DNA from: Paraspadella gotoi
Taxonomy: Eukaryota; Animalia; Chaetognatha
Reading direction: 5' to 3'
NCBI GenBank assembly: GCA_051294375.1
Contig: CM119263.1
Coordinates: forward strand, 20,916,695 to 20,980,694
Length of the DNA stretch: 64,000 nt
Position numbers and translations under genes: made by a program. Positions 38,840-51,092 of the stretch are shown in pieces. Under the pieces are notes generated by a model. That model had not been told where the DNA came from, made no database searches, and was given only the letters and a program-made list of their open reading frames with translations. Within the stretch, counting starts at the first letter, position 1, and each line of letters opens with the position of its first letter.

Positions 38840-40250
38840 CGGATCACGCAAGGTCGCAGGTGTGGTTCTAGTTGGGGGTTGGCGACTTCGCCATGGCGAT
38901 TCGCCAGGGCTTTGGCGATGTCGCCAGTCCCCCCACTGGCAACTCGCCAGTGATAAAGGTAGCGAATATAATGAAAAGCGCAGCTAACACGGGGGATGAG
39001 CATCACCTTCAGGCTCCTCTCCACCTAACCTAAACCAAACTCCCTTCAACTCNNNNNNNNNNNNNNNNNNNNNNNNNAGATCACACCACCGTTGCGAGGC
39101 AACGGATAACCGATATAAACCTAATAATGCGTCTCGTTTGCGGGAAAACTTTCGTTGTAAATAAAGTTCGATCGTTTTTACCTATATTTCACCNNNNNNN
39201 NNNNNNNNNNNNNNNNNNNNNNNNNNNNNNNNNNNNNNNNNNNNNNNNNNNNNNNNNNNNNNNNNNNNNNNNNNNNNNNNNNNNNNNNNNNNNNNNNNNN
39301 NNNNNNNNNNNNNNNNNNNNNNNNNNNNNNNNNNNNNNNNNNNNNNNNNNNNTTTTTTTTTTATTTTTTAAATTTTTTATTCACTTTTTTCACTTTTCTT
39401 GTGTGAATCAGTAGGGCGCGAACCCGAGTCCTTTGGATTGGGAGGAGATCTCGCTACCTCCGGCGCTACCCTATTCAGATTCGTCTAAAAACGAGTTCAG
39501 CTCTCAAGCAGCTGTCCAGCGGCTGTCCTGCTTCGCTCTCTCTCTCTCTCTCTCTCTCTGTCTGTCTCTCTCTGTACGATGTGTTGCGTGATCGTTCGTT
39601 TTTTGAAAAATTGTGATTATTTTTTTCCTTCTAAAAACTTTTATTATCGCCATTTATGCCGCGCTTTTTTCTCAATACAAAATCCCAAATTTACAGATTT
39701 TCGTGGATTTAGTCATAATACGTTTTATGTTTGGAAATAAAGTTCGTACACTCTCTGTCTCTGTCTCTCTCTGTCTCTGTCTCTCTCTCTCTTTCTCTCT
39801 CACTCATAAACGCGTTTGTTTGTTTTATTTACGATGAATGACTCATCGCGTTAATGAATGACTATCATCGCATCAGTGAATGATTATCATCATATCAGTG
39901 AATGATTATCATCGCATCAATAATTGGTTATTATCGCATTAATAATTGGTTATCATCGCATCAATAATTGGTTATCATTGATCATCATATCAGTGAATGA
40001 TTATCATCGCATCAATAATTGGTTATTATCGCATTAATAATTGGTTATCATCGCATCAATAATTGGTTATCATTGCTTCAATAATCAATTCCTATGACAT
40101 CAATCAATTACTATTACATCAATAATTCATTANNNNNNNNNNNNNNNNNNNNNNNNNTTCAATAACAATTCCTATGACATCATCATATTACTTAATCATA
40201 ATTCATTGATGCGCATCATTCAATGTTTTTTTCTCTGATTTTCCATTTCA

Positions 40251-40829
40251 TATCTAGGAAAAAAAGTTTAAAATTTTTAATTGAGGATCTCTACTCGAAA
40301 ACTTTGCTCGATTTTAAAAAATCAGGATGTTTAGATTCTACACTAAATTTCCTTTTAGTTGTTCCTATTTTTTTCGTAGATCAACCGTATGGAAGTGAGA
40401 AAGTAAAATTGCATACCGTTCAAGTGAAAAATGGCGGAAAAAATCGCCTTTAGTTTTCCACAATTCTTGTATTTGTATATGTTTCTATTTCAAATTGAGT
40501 TAGTTTTTTTCATATTTTTTAAATTGGATATGCCGAGATAGACAGCCCTCTCTTTGGTTCATAAAGGTGCGATTGTAGCTCTGAGAAAAGATGCAAAGTC
40601 GAAGAACGCGCAACATCAAACATCGGGGCTTGAAAAGAATTGCGCTAAAGGTGTGGAAAACATTTCACCTCGTACCTCAATTCGCTTTACGAGAGATGCC
40701 AGATCGAATGCAGCAGTGGTCCGATGCCGAGGGAGGCATACCAATATTGAGAATGTTTTACCCATGTTTTGGATATTTTTTATTGGTAAATGAACTTTTA
40801 AAAAAATGTTTCTAATTTTTCCTAGATAG
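40251..40829 (+). mobile_element. Second deleted copy of the same Tc1 family
   Basis: Same TIRs and same N- and C-terminal transposase remnants, with a different sequence across the deletion junction. Inserted in a HINE-B copy. Confidence 0.85.
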
Positions 40830-40919
40830 TAATTTCTTTGATAGTGGGTTTGACTCGATTGAATCTTTTTGATTTTTTTAAAACGGTTCCATCCTTTTCG
40901 TAATAAAATAGAATTTGGT

Positions 40920-40976
<57 letters not shown>

Positions 40977-41204
40977 CGTCCATCGTTCGTCTTCTTCTTC
41001 TTTATCTCTTCTTCGATCTCCTTCGCTAATTTTTTCTTCCTTTGTTTTCTTTTGTTTTGTTTGCATCTGTAGCGCATCATTCATTCGTTTTTTTCTCTGA
41101 TTTTTCCATTAATTTTCTTTGATAGTGGGGTTTGACTCGATCTTGAATCTTTTATGATTTTTTTAAAACGGTTCCATCCTTTTCGTAATAAAATAGAATT
41201 TGGT

Positions 41205-41247
<43 letters not shown>

Positions 41248-41855
41248 CCATCGTTCGTCTTCTTCTCTTTATCTCTTCTTCGATCTCCTTCGCTAATTTT
41301 TTTCTTCCTTTTGTTTTCTTTTGTTTGTTTGCATCTGTTTCCTGCACCTGATCTCACACTGAATTCTATTTAGTCGCGCTTGGTATGTATGAGATCAAAT
41401 AGTTTTAGGAATTTACTTTTATTAAATTTGTGATTTATCTATTAAATTTATTTATTTTTATATGTAGATTTACCTAATTTTTCAGTAGATTCTTTAGCTG
41501 TATTTCTGCTCACTTTTATAACTTCCTGAATTTCGAACACAACCCTTTTATTTTGCAATTAAAAATGTATTCATTCTTTAAAAATGATTCTTCTTTTAGA
41601 AAATATACTGTGGTGTTTATAGTAATGAGTATGAATCAAATTTGCATTGTGGTTTAATTTATTTTGCCCTAACAAAATAAGAATTATCTTTTAGACTTAG
41701 CCTATTTCTTCTCAAGACTCGCTTGTGTTGTCTCGTACAAACTTCTCTGATTCTTGTGGGATTCGCGAGCACTTTAAAAACGCATCATGGAAAGAAGAGA
41801 GCGTAGGAGGGGCTTGAAAACTGGGGGAGAGAGGGAGAAAGAGAGAAAGACAGAA

Positions 41856-41890
<35 letters not shown>

Positions 41891-41953
41891 CTGAGACTAA
41901 TCTGCATATTGCATAACTCGACTGGCTCTAAACTTTTGGGAAGGGAGGCGATG

Positions 41954-42023
<70 letters not shown>

Positions 42024-44033
42024 AGAAACACAGTGATTTACTGACTGTGAAGTTGTGAACCAAAAATCAGTTCCAATGCAAATTTTTTTGTTAGTTTCGA
42101 AGCCAAGTTGCGAAATTCAATGTAAAATTGAAAAAAAAAATCCATATCCAATTTCCAGGGAGAAACAGTAACAACTTAGAAATAATCACGCAAGCTCGCA
42201 TCTTCTTCTTCATCCTACATATTACAAATTCAAATTCGTAAAATTAAAAATTTTTCTTTTCCTTTCAAAATTTGACCATATTTTTTAAATGTGCCTCCTT
42301 TCAAACAAAATTCATAATTAGGTAAGTTTGTAATCAGGCATTGAGATAAGCTAACCCTTCCTATAAATATAAGCTCATTAAATAAAGCCGTAAGCTCATG
42401 ACCATTAGGTACCGGGATCTATTCCTGGTAGTATAGTATCTATAGTTGGTAATAAGAAATCTAAAGTTAGCCGTAAATTATAAAAATATTTCAAAACTTT
42501 TCCATTGGTGCCAAGGAGGTACTGAAAATACGGAGGTATTCTTTATCACACTTAGCATTTATCCTAAAGTTATTTAAGTTTGAAGCTTAGTTCAGGGGTT
42601 AAAATTAAATTTAGGAATTAGGAAATGAACTGGGGTTCTTTCGGAGAATAGTGTTAGGAAAATTTCCCTCCATAAAAATGTTTTAACTCGATTCGAATCT
42701 TGACTTGATTCTAATGTGGCGCCGCACAGTAATAAAAAAAAAATAAAAACTGGATAAAAGCCACTTGAACATACGGGCATAAATACATATTCAGTCTTTT
42801 CATAGTAATGGTACAAAGGCTTATGTAAGATAACAGTTTCCAAAAATTATTCTTTCTCAAGTTATAAGCAAATCTCTATTTTGGGTGAGTCTTTGAAATG
42901 TTTGTTTCACCCAAATGGGTAGAAGAGAAAAATTATTTGACTTTGTTATATTAAAAGCTCTTTGTCAAATTTGTTAATAAATAAAAAAATATTTTTATAT
43001 AATGTTACTATGTATGATATGAAAAACATAGTAAAAACTCATAGAATTTCAGCCGATTTCAAGCAACCAGATTTATTTCCTAATGATACATCTTATCACT
43101 CATCAGTTAATAATTAAATCTCATCCGCATTTGTCCGCCCTTTTGAGAAATCCAAAAATGCTTTTCATTCAAAAAATAATCAAAAAGAATTCGATATTCT
43201 TCAGAAATTACCATATGATTATTTTCTTTGATCGATTTTCCAATCTTAATTTGTTTAGTGCACTTTTAAAAAGATTAAATTAATGTTTTTATATTTAGCA
43301 AACATACACCTATTACTTATAACATTAATAAAGAAAAAATATTAAGTTGGGTCAATTTCTTTTTAAGATCGAAATTATAAATCAAAAGTCGTTCAACTAC
43401 CAAATTTGTCGGTTAATGAAATTTTTCTCCATATTTTTCAAAATCACTTTTTATCATTTAAAATGTTTAAAAGAACCTCAATGGGCATCTCTGATAATCA
43501 GCATACAAAAAAGAGAGGTTATTCCTGACATTTAAGCCATTTGGATCACTGTGCACCGCTCGATTCCTGAGCGACGACCAATTTCTTTCGCTTCACGACT
43601 TAATCTAATTCCTCCTCGTGATGAATTTAATATTCGCGACGACGCGATGCACTTGGCTTTAATTTTCAATTTATTCACTAGAGTCAAAAACGAAAAGACG
43701 GTGTTTTAGTTGACGTGGGTGTCGTCGTCGTCGACGCTGTTGTTGTTGTGGTCCGTATTCTTCAAAATTAATTTACTATTTTTTCACAAATTATTCGTTA
43801 ATTTCTGAACATAAATACTTTTTAATATTCGTAATAAATTATTCCGTTACTCGAGTTTTTTCGTCGTCGTCTTCGTATTCTACGTCGTCAATGACTTGGT
43901 CATCGTCGTTCGTCGTCGACGTAACTTTGTGATGATTTGACTGACGACATGACTCGTCGTTTTCGTCGTCGTCGTTGTCGTGTTCCCAAGAATACAAGGT
44001 ATAACTGTTATCATTGCCGCACCGTTAGTCTTT

Positions 44034-45150
44034 TAGTCGGCCATTGCATAAGTTCACCCTATAAGCATGACACTTTCAGTTGTGTCCCGGTGGCTCATTT
44101 AGTAAAGCCATCAACTCATAACCACTAGGTGTCGGGTGGAAAAAATAATGGAAAAAAAAAAGGAAAAAATAATTGACTCGGTTTGGAAAAAACGGTTAAT
44201 TTTATTATCAAATATATTTTTTGGCTGGTTAATAGGTTTTAATATGTAATATGACCTCCCGAGGACTGAATAAAAAGATTATTTCTCAACAGCATAACAT
44301 TGTTTAATGCATCCAAATACTTCCAAAAAGGTTGTCTCAAACTTTTTTCACCTCTTTTTGATAAAGAGGACTACTCACATTATTGTTAATATTATATCTC
44401 TGACATAATATTTTTTATCGGATTTAGAGCAAAAAATGGTCCTTGGCCAGCAGTGAAAAAGATTGATCCCCTATAATGTAAACCAGGCTTGAGTTGTTGT
44501 TGTTGCATAATGTGATGATGCATTGTCTTTCATTTCAACAAAATCTTGATTTTACTTTTTTTTGGACTTATTTGATATTTGATTCTGATAATACATCCAG
44601 AGGTAAATAAAAATTATAACTTTGCTCATAGAAAGGTTACCCGGAGCATTAAAACTTTTATTGATACTTTAAAATATAAAAAAAATATTCTAGAGCATCT
44701 ACTGCATTAATGTATTTTTAATACCACTATTTTTTTGACATATGTATTAAGATTCATCCCTGAATCTATCCTATCAAAAAGTAATAAAAAAGAACCGGAA
44801 ATTAGTATAAATGAAAAGTTTAGATATGAAAAAGATAAAAAAGAAGGAAGCATTTTATTGGACAATTCATTTCTTTTTGCATGGAACTCTTGTATTTTTG
44901 GTCATACATAAATAAAACACAGCTCATATGAATCACAAAAGGCCAAAGTATTTCGATATGTATGTTTGTATGTATGTATGTATGTTTTTTTCCCATTATG
45001 GTACCTACCATGCGGGAAGCTTAGGACGGCCGTAAGCCGCCTTGGGTGCGTGGAAAACCCTCAAGCCTGGTTCCAAGCTGTTCCATGGCTGCTGAGGGGT
45101 CACAGAAGTTAGGGATAGTAGTCTTTAGCCCACTGAGCGCCTTATCCACT
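44034..45150 (+). mobile_element. Second copy of the 17221 element, split by an ~860-bp insertion (44138-44999); also at ~35722-36785 and from ~57563
   Basis: Head TAGTCGGCCATTGCATAAGTTCACC...GTCGGGT, then the insert, then GGTACCTACC...CCCTCAAGCCTGGTTCCAAGC resumes. The insert has short inverted ends ATAATGGAAAAAA / TTTTTTCCCATTAT and an adjacent (TATG)n tract. Confidence 0.7.
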
Positions 45151-45282
45151 AAGGCGTAGTGAAAGGTACATACGAAAATTCTAAAAGTCAATTATGAACA
45201 ACATATCATCAGTGAACATTAATTTGTAAAAAAAATTAATTTTATGTTTTTTAATTTTCGCAGTAGGCTATATTTATATATA

Positions 45283-45434
45283 TAACCGTTCAATATAAGC
45301 AGTCCCTGAGCTTCGGGTCAGGCTGTTAAGCTGTTAAGCGCCCCGTCCCTCTTAACTGCTAGGCGGCCACCAGGCTAGAACCCCGGACCTTTGGGTTGGG
45401 AGGCGAATGACTTGCCTCCGGCACCAATGACCGC
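45283..45434 (-). mobile_element. Short tRNA-derived SINE (tRNA-Gly-like head); copy at 36921-37063; 5'-truncated tail copies at ~45689-45750 and ~37308-37365
   Basis: Minus strand: acceptor stem GCGGTCA...TGGCCGC, CTCCCAA anticodon-like loop, T-arm CCGGG-GTTCTAG-CCTGG. 3' tail with stem-loop CCTGA-(C/T)CCGAAGC-TCAGG. Confidence 0.6.
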
Positions 45435-47258
45435 TGATGAACGGTTGGTGGATTTTGGTCCACCATACATCCCCCCTCCCGTAGGGAGAAGTCTGTTGCG
45501 TCTCTTCAGTGAATTGTTGTTGGTGGAAAGTTCGTCACCAAGTTGAGGCATGTCGCCTGATGTGTTGTGGGCGGAAAGTGCATCGCCAGGTTGAGGCATG
45601 TCGACTGAAAGTGTTGTTGTTGCTGTTGTGTTCAGAAGTCGGGCTCACCAATGAAGAGACAGTGATTATTTATATGTTTTAATGATAGAACCGTTCAATA
45701 TAAGTAGTCCCTGAGCTTCGGATCAGGCTGTAACACCATGTTACAGGCGTTATGTCCATTTTTGTCCATTTTTACTTACAACTTCTGATTTGAATGCCAA
45801 GGAAAGCCGAGAAAAATTTTTTACTTTGGAAATCCGTTCTTTCTTATCTTCTTTACCTCTGGGTAATTTTATTAGCTTAAATCATTTATAGTTTGCCTAT
45901 GAATCAATTTTAAAGTTAACAAGCCAACAAGTTTGAGTTTCAGTCTTTATCATAATTTGTTAAACAAAAATAAATCAAATTGGTTTAAATTAACAGAAAA
46001 TATAGCCTATTGAATAAGCTTTTAACGCCTATAAAATTATCAAAAAAACTTTTTTGGTTTAGCCACAAATAATTTTTAAAGACGTCTTTTAATTTGTGAC
46101 TTTTTGTGACTTGCATTTATTTTTGATAAAGAGAATATTTTCAACTCATTTATTAGTTTTAAAAGATGAGGTACATACTGACCTTGATTAATTAAAAAAA
46201 ACCGCATTCTTTTAACCCAATGGAAAGCGTCAGGATTTGTTTTTTCTCAGAATCGACAGATTTTGCGGAAATTTTTTACGCAAAATCTGTCGATTTACTA
46301 AATTTGCTAGGCAACCAAAATTGAAAGAAAAATCATGCGCTACCGTTCATTTTCTTTCTTATAATGCATTTTAAAGATTTTCTTTGATTTGGCTCAATGT
46401 AAATGTAATGAGAGGAAATAGGAAAGGGAAAAAAAGAAAAGGAGAAGAATGAAAGAGAGGGTAAAAGGCAAAAAAACAAAGGAAAATGGGGAAAAAATAG
46501 TGAAACAATTGTAAGGTAAAAAAAGATTGGAAAAATGGAAAGAAAAAGAGGGGAAAAGAAAGGGAAAGAATGAAGATGAAAAAAAAGGTGAGGAAAGTGC
46601 ATGAGTGGCAGAAAAAGGTAGGGGCCAAAAAAATGGTAAGTGACAGCGTGAGAAGTAAGGGAGGAAAGAGGAAGAGGAAAATATAAAGTAAGAGAAGAAA
46701 AGAGGTGAAGAAAAATAATCAGGAAAAGCGTATGAAGAAAAAAAAATTGTATCAGATAATGTGGCGTCTTACATAAAATCTTTTGTGTAAGTAAAAGACA
46801 TGAGGATTCTTATAAGCCTAATAAGGAATTCGATCTTTAAAAATTATCTGTACCATAAAAATTCAAACATACTTATTTCTAGAATTAAGCAGTTAATGAG
46901 ATTAGATTGACAAGCATTGAAGAAATCATGTCTTACCATATTTTTAACTCATAGAAATTTACATGGGAAGTTCTAAGTGATAAGAAGGAGATAACTTAAA
47001 AAAAAATTCAACATTTTTCTAATAGAGAATTCCGTTCAAATCTGACTACCCAAATTGCAAACGCGTTTGCCAGAAATTCGGTTAAAAAACACTTGTAAAA
47101 ACGCACAATTCCGAGTGCGTTACATCTGAAGAGCTTGTCCTATTCGTTTTATGGCATTTGATGAAGGATTTAATATCAAACAAGCCAGGGGAAATACACT
47201 ACTCATCTCCGGAGAATTTTCAAACCTAAGTTGTAGTTCATTCAAATAGCGATGTCGC

Positions 47259-48463
47259 CTTATGCAATAGCGACGATCCTTATGCTTTTAAGATTTTTAA
47301 ACTTGCATCATTTTCAAACTTTCATAATTTTTTTCAACTTGCATTCCGTCAAAACTTTATATCTAGCATCTTCCCTCACTTCCTTACCGGGACTCACAAA
47401 ATTTCATCTCAATCTATCAATGGGTAAAATAAATAAAAAATCAAGTTAAATGTGACTCATATTTTTCATTTAAACTCATTTCCACTGTGTTACGTTTCCA
47501 CTGAAACTTCTATATCCAAAGCTTCTCATACGTTTTCCTACCACACACAAAATTCAACTCAATCTATCCATCCAATTTATATTAATGGATATTTATTGGT
47601 TAAAATAAGTAAAAAGATTTTAAGTAAATTTCGACTTATGTTTTTTCCATTTAAACTTAATTTCCACCACACGATTCCATCGAAATTTATATCCAGCTTT
47701 ATCACACACTGTCCACCCACACACAAAATTTAATTCCAATCCACCAGCCAATCACGAGTATTGGAGCTTTTTGCTAAGATGGGACGGCATGGACGGATTG
47801 ATTGGACTAATTAATTATTTATTGATTAATTTATTTACTAATTGATTAATTAACTGATTAATTATTCATTTATAATTACATCCTGGCAGATACATTAAAT
47901 AAAAGGAAAAGAAGCATAATCAATTAGTAAAACAGGTTTTTGTTTTTCCATTAAACTCATTTCCACTCAAGCTATTCCATCGAACTTGATTATCCTGTTC
48001 AATCACACACTTCTACCACATACAAAATTCCAGTCAATCAGCACATCCACTCATGAGCAATGGTGTTCAAATAGTGAATATATTTTTTTGTTTTCCATTT
48101 AAACGTCATTTCCACTCGGACGATTCCATCGAAACTTATATCCAGCTCAATCACACACTTAAACCTATCCAACACAAAAATTTCATTTAAAATCCATCCA
48201 TCCAATCACGATAATTGTGTTTTTCTCTAAGGTGGACGGCACGGAAGCGGACGGACGGACGGACGGACAGACAGACGGACGGCGGACATCATTTTTTTTG
48301 CATAATTTATCATAATTCGATGTTCTGACATGATATAAGTGTGTGCCACGACAAAAAAAAAAAAAAAAAATTATTGAGGGGGCGGACCGACGGACCGAAA
48401 AAAGTGAGTTATAAAAAGTGGGAGTTATAGAGTCGGATCTGCTGAAACAGATCCGACTAAAAA
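47259..48463 (-). mobile_element. Helentron-associated non-autonomous element (DINE-1/HINE/Pearl-like), family A, apparently complete
   Basis: Terminal hairpin AGTCGGATCTG...CAGATCCGACT next to a T-run, (GTCG)/(GTCC)n microsatellite, internal ~160-190-bp core repeats, and a far end with a subterminal repeat plus short palindrome TTATGCAATA. Confidence 0.75.
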
Positions 48464-48726
48464 TGATTCTCTTTAGAAAACTATACTGTGTGTTTTATAG
48501 TAATGAGTATGAATCAAATTTGCATTGTGGTTTAATTTATTTTGCCCTAACAAAATAAGAATTATTTCTTTTAGACTTAGCCTATTTCTTCTCAAGACTC
48601 GCTTGTGTTGTCTCGTACAAACTTCTCTGATCTTGTGGGATCGCGAGCACTTAAAAACGCATCATGGAAGAAGAGAGCGTAGGAGGGGCTTGAAAACTGG
48701 GGAGAGAGGGAGAAAGAGAGAAAGAC

Positions 48727-48760
<34 letters not shown>

Positions 48761-50364
48761 AATCTGCATATTGCATAACTCGACTGGCTCTAAACTTTTG
48801 GGAAGGGAGGCGATGGAGGAGAGAGAGAGAGAGACGAGAGAGAGAGAGAGAGAAGAAAAGAGAGAGAGACGAGAGAGAGAGAAGAGAAAGAAACACAGTG
48901 ATTTACTGACTGTGAAGTTGTGAACCAAAAATCAGTTCCAATGCAAATTTTTTTGTAGTTCGAAGCCAAGTTGCGAAATTCAATGTAAAATGAAAAAAAA
49001 AAATCCATATCCAATTTCCAGGGAAACAGTAACAACTTAGAATAATCACGCAAGCTCGCATCTTCTTCTTCATCCTACATATTACAATTCAAATTCGTAA
49101 AATTAAAAATTTTTCTTTTTCCTTTCAAAATTTGACCATATTTTTTAAATGTGCCTCGTTCAAACAAAATTCATAATTAGGTAAGTTTGTAATCAGGCAT
49201 TGAGATAAGCTAACCCTCCTATAAATATAAGCTCATTAAATAAAGCCGTAAGCTCATGACCATTAGGTACCGGGATCTATTCCTGGTAGTATAGTATCTA
49301 TAGTTGGTAATAAGAAATCTAAAGTTAGCCGTAAATTATAAAAATATTTCAAAACTTTTCCATTGAGCCAAGAGTACTGAAAATACGGAGGTATTCTTTA
49401 TCACACTTAGCATTTATCCTAAAGTTATTTAAGTTTGAAGCTTAGTTCAGGGGTTAAAATTAAATTTAGGAATTAGGAAATGAACTGGGGTTCTTCGGAG
49501 AATAGTGTTTAGGAAAATTTCCCTCCATAAAATGTTTTAACTCGATTCGAATCTTGACTTTGATTCTAATGTGGCGCCGCACAGTAATAAAAAAAAAATA
49601 AAAACTGGATAAAAGCCACTTGAACATACGGCATAAATACATATTCAGTCTTTTCATAGTAATAGGTACAAAGCGCTTATGTAAGATAACAGTTTCCAAA
49701 AATTATTCTTTCTCAAGTTATAAGCAAATCTCATTTTGGGTGAGTCTTTGAATGTTTGTTTCACCCAAATGGGTAGAAGAGAAAAATTATTTGACTTTGT
49801 TATATTAAAGCTCTTGTCAAATTTGTTTATAAATAAAAAAATATTTTATATAAGTTACTATGATGATATGAAAAACATAGTAAAAACTCATAGAATTCAG
49901 CCGATTTCAAGACAACCAGATTTATTTCCTAATGATACATCTTATCTACTCATCAGTTAATAATTAAATCTCATCCGCATTTGTCCGCCTTTTGAGAAAT
50001 CCAAAATGCTTTTCATTCAAAAATAATCAAAAAGAATTCGATATTCTTCAGAAATTACCATATGATTATTTTCTTTGATCGATTTTCCAATCTTAATTTG
50101 TTTAGTGCACTTTTAAAAAGATTAAATTAATGTTTATATTTAGCAAACATACACCTATTACTTATAACATAATAAAGAAAAAATATTAAGTTGGGTCAAT
50201 TTCTTTTTAAGATCGAAATTATAAATCAAAAGTCGTTCAACTACCAAATTTGTCGGTTAATGAAATTTTTCTACCAAATATTTTCAAAATCACTTTTATC
50301 ATTTAAAATGTTTAAAAGAACCTCAATGGGCATCTCTGCATAATCAGCATACAAAAAAGAGAGT

Positions 50365-51092
50365 TGTTACGAAATATTATCAATATATATACCGTGGAAA
50401 TCAAATTCTCTTCTCTTTCACCCCGATGCTCTTTTATTTCTATTTTACTTAACGCAAGGAAATTTCTAATTCTTCCGCCCGATCACAGCGACATCTCTGG
50501 TTTCTAATTATGTATCATAGTATATATACTTAAGTACAGCTCCGCAGTGGCTACGCATTGCTGTCTGATTGGTTCCCGCCGTTTCGTCAGATCTCAGCAT
50601 TGATTTCTTATCGAACGTGTAACCTCTCAAGATTTGTTCAGCTTGCAATGCGTTTTTACTACTTTAAAAGATAATAAATCGCTATTTAATGATATGCTCG
50701 GAAACTTCTTTTTAATAAGAAACTAGTGATCGCTGGATTGGTGGACTTTCCTGTGATAGAGGCAACCATTTTCTACAAATTTAGGCTTCAGAAACAAGTA
50801 GATGGATTCTTTAAACTTTTAGTATATATATTTGCTGAGTGTGTATTTAAATGTTTGTTATTCTTTGCCCAGGACTTTCTAAACTCTCTACTCCTCAAGT
50901 CTATTACATCAACTAAAGTGCCTGGGCTTAGAACTTTGTTGTATGATACCTCATCTTGAGCGTTCACAAGACCCGCGCCATACGTTCGTCCGCCCGACCA
51001 TCTAAACTCGAATTCTCTCGTTTTGATAGCGCAGATTCGCTCCCAGCCAGTTAGTGTCAAAGACAGCCACCTCTACGAACATAGTTCAAACA
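50365..51092 (+). repeat. 5' LTR
   Basis: TG...CA ends, colinear with 56317-57039. Contains CTGATTGG (CCAAT box) and AATAAA. Followed by TTTAGAAGT rather than a TGG primer-binding site. Confidence 0.9.

Larger units (their letters stand above)
39078..47259 (+). repeat. Composite unit, copy B
   Basis: Colinear with copy A from ~31925. Carries an extra Tc1 insertion and a local duplication (40210-41070 vs 41070-41340). Confidence 0.9.

Noticed and set aside
43070-43110. Minus-strand CTGATGAG-TGATA..TATCA-TTAG-GAAA as a hammerhead (also ~34800, ~49925)
   Set aside because: Extra bases between stem II and GAAA, and no convincing stem I.
45434-45470. CTGATGA followed by hairpin TGGTGGA/TCCACCA as a hammerhead
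   Set aside because: No GAAA after the stem; it lies at the boundary of the minus-strand SINE.
45690-45750. SINE tail stem-loop CCTGA-TCCGAAGC-TCAGG as a twister ribozyme
   Set aside because: The loop resembles twister L4, but P2 and the GA/T1 register do not fit and the 5' part is truncated. A LINE-type 3' stem-loop is the simpler explanation.
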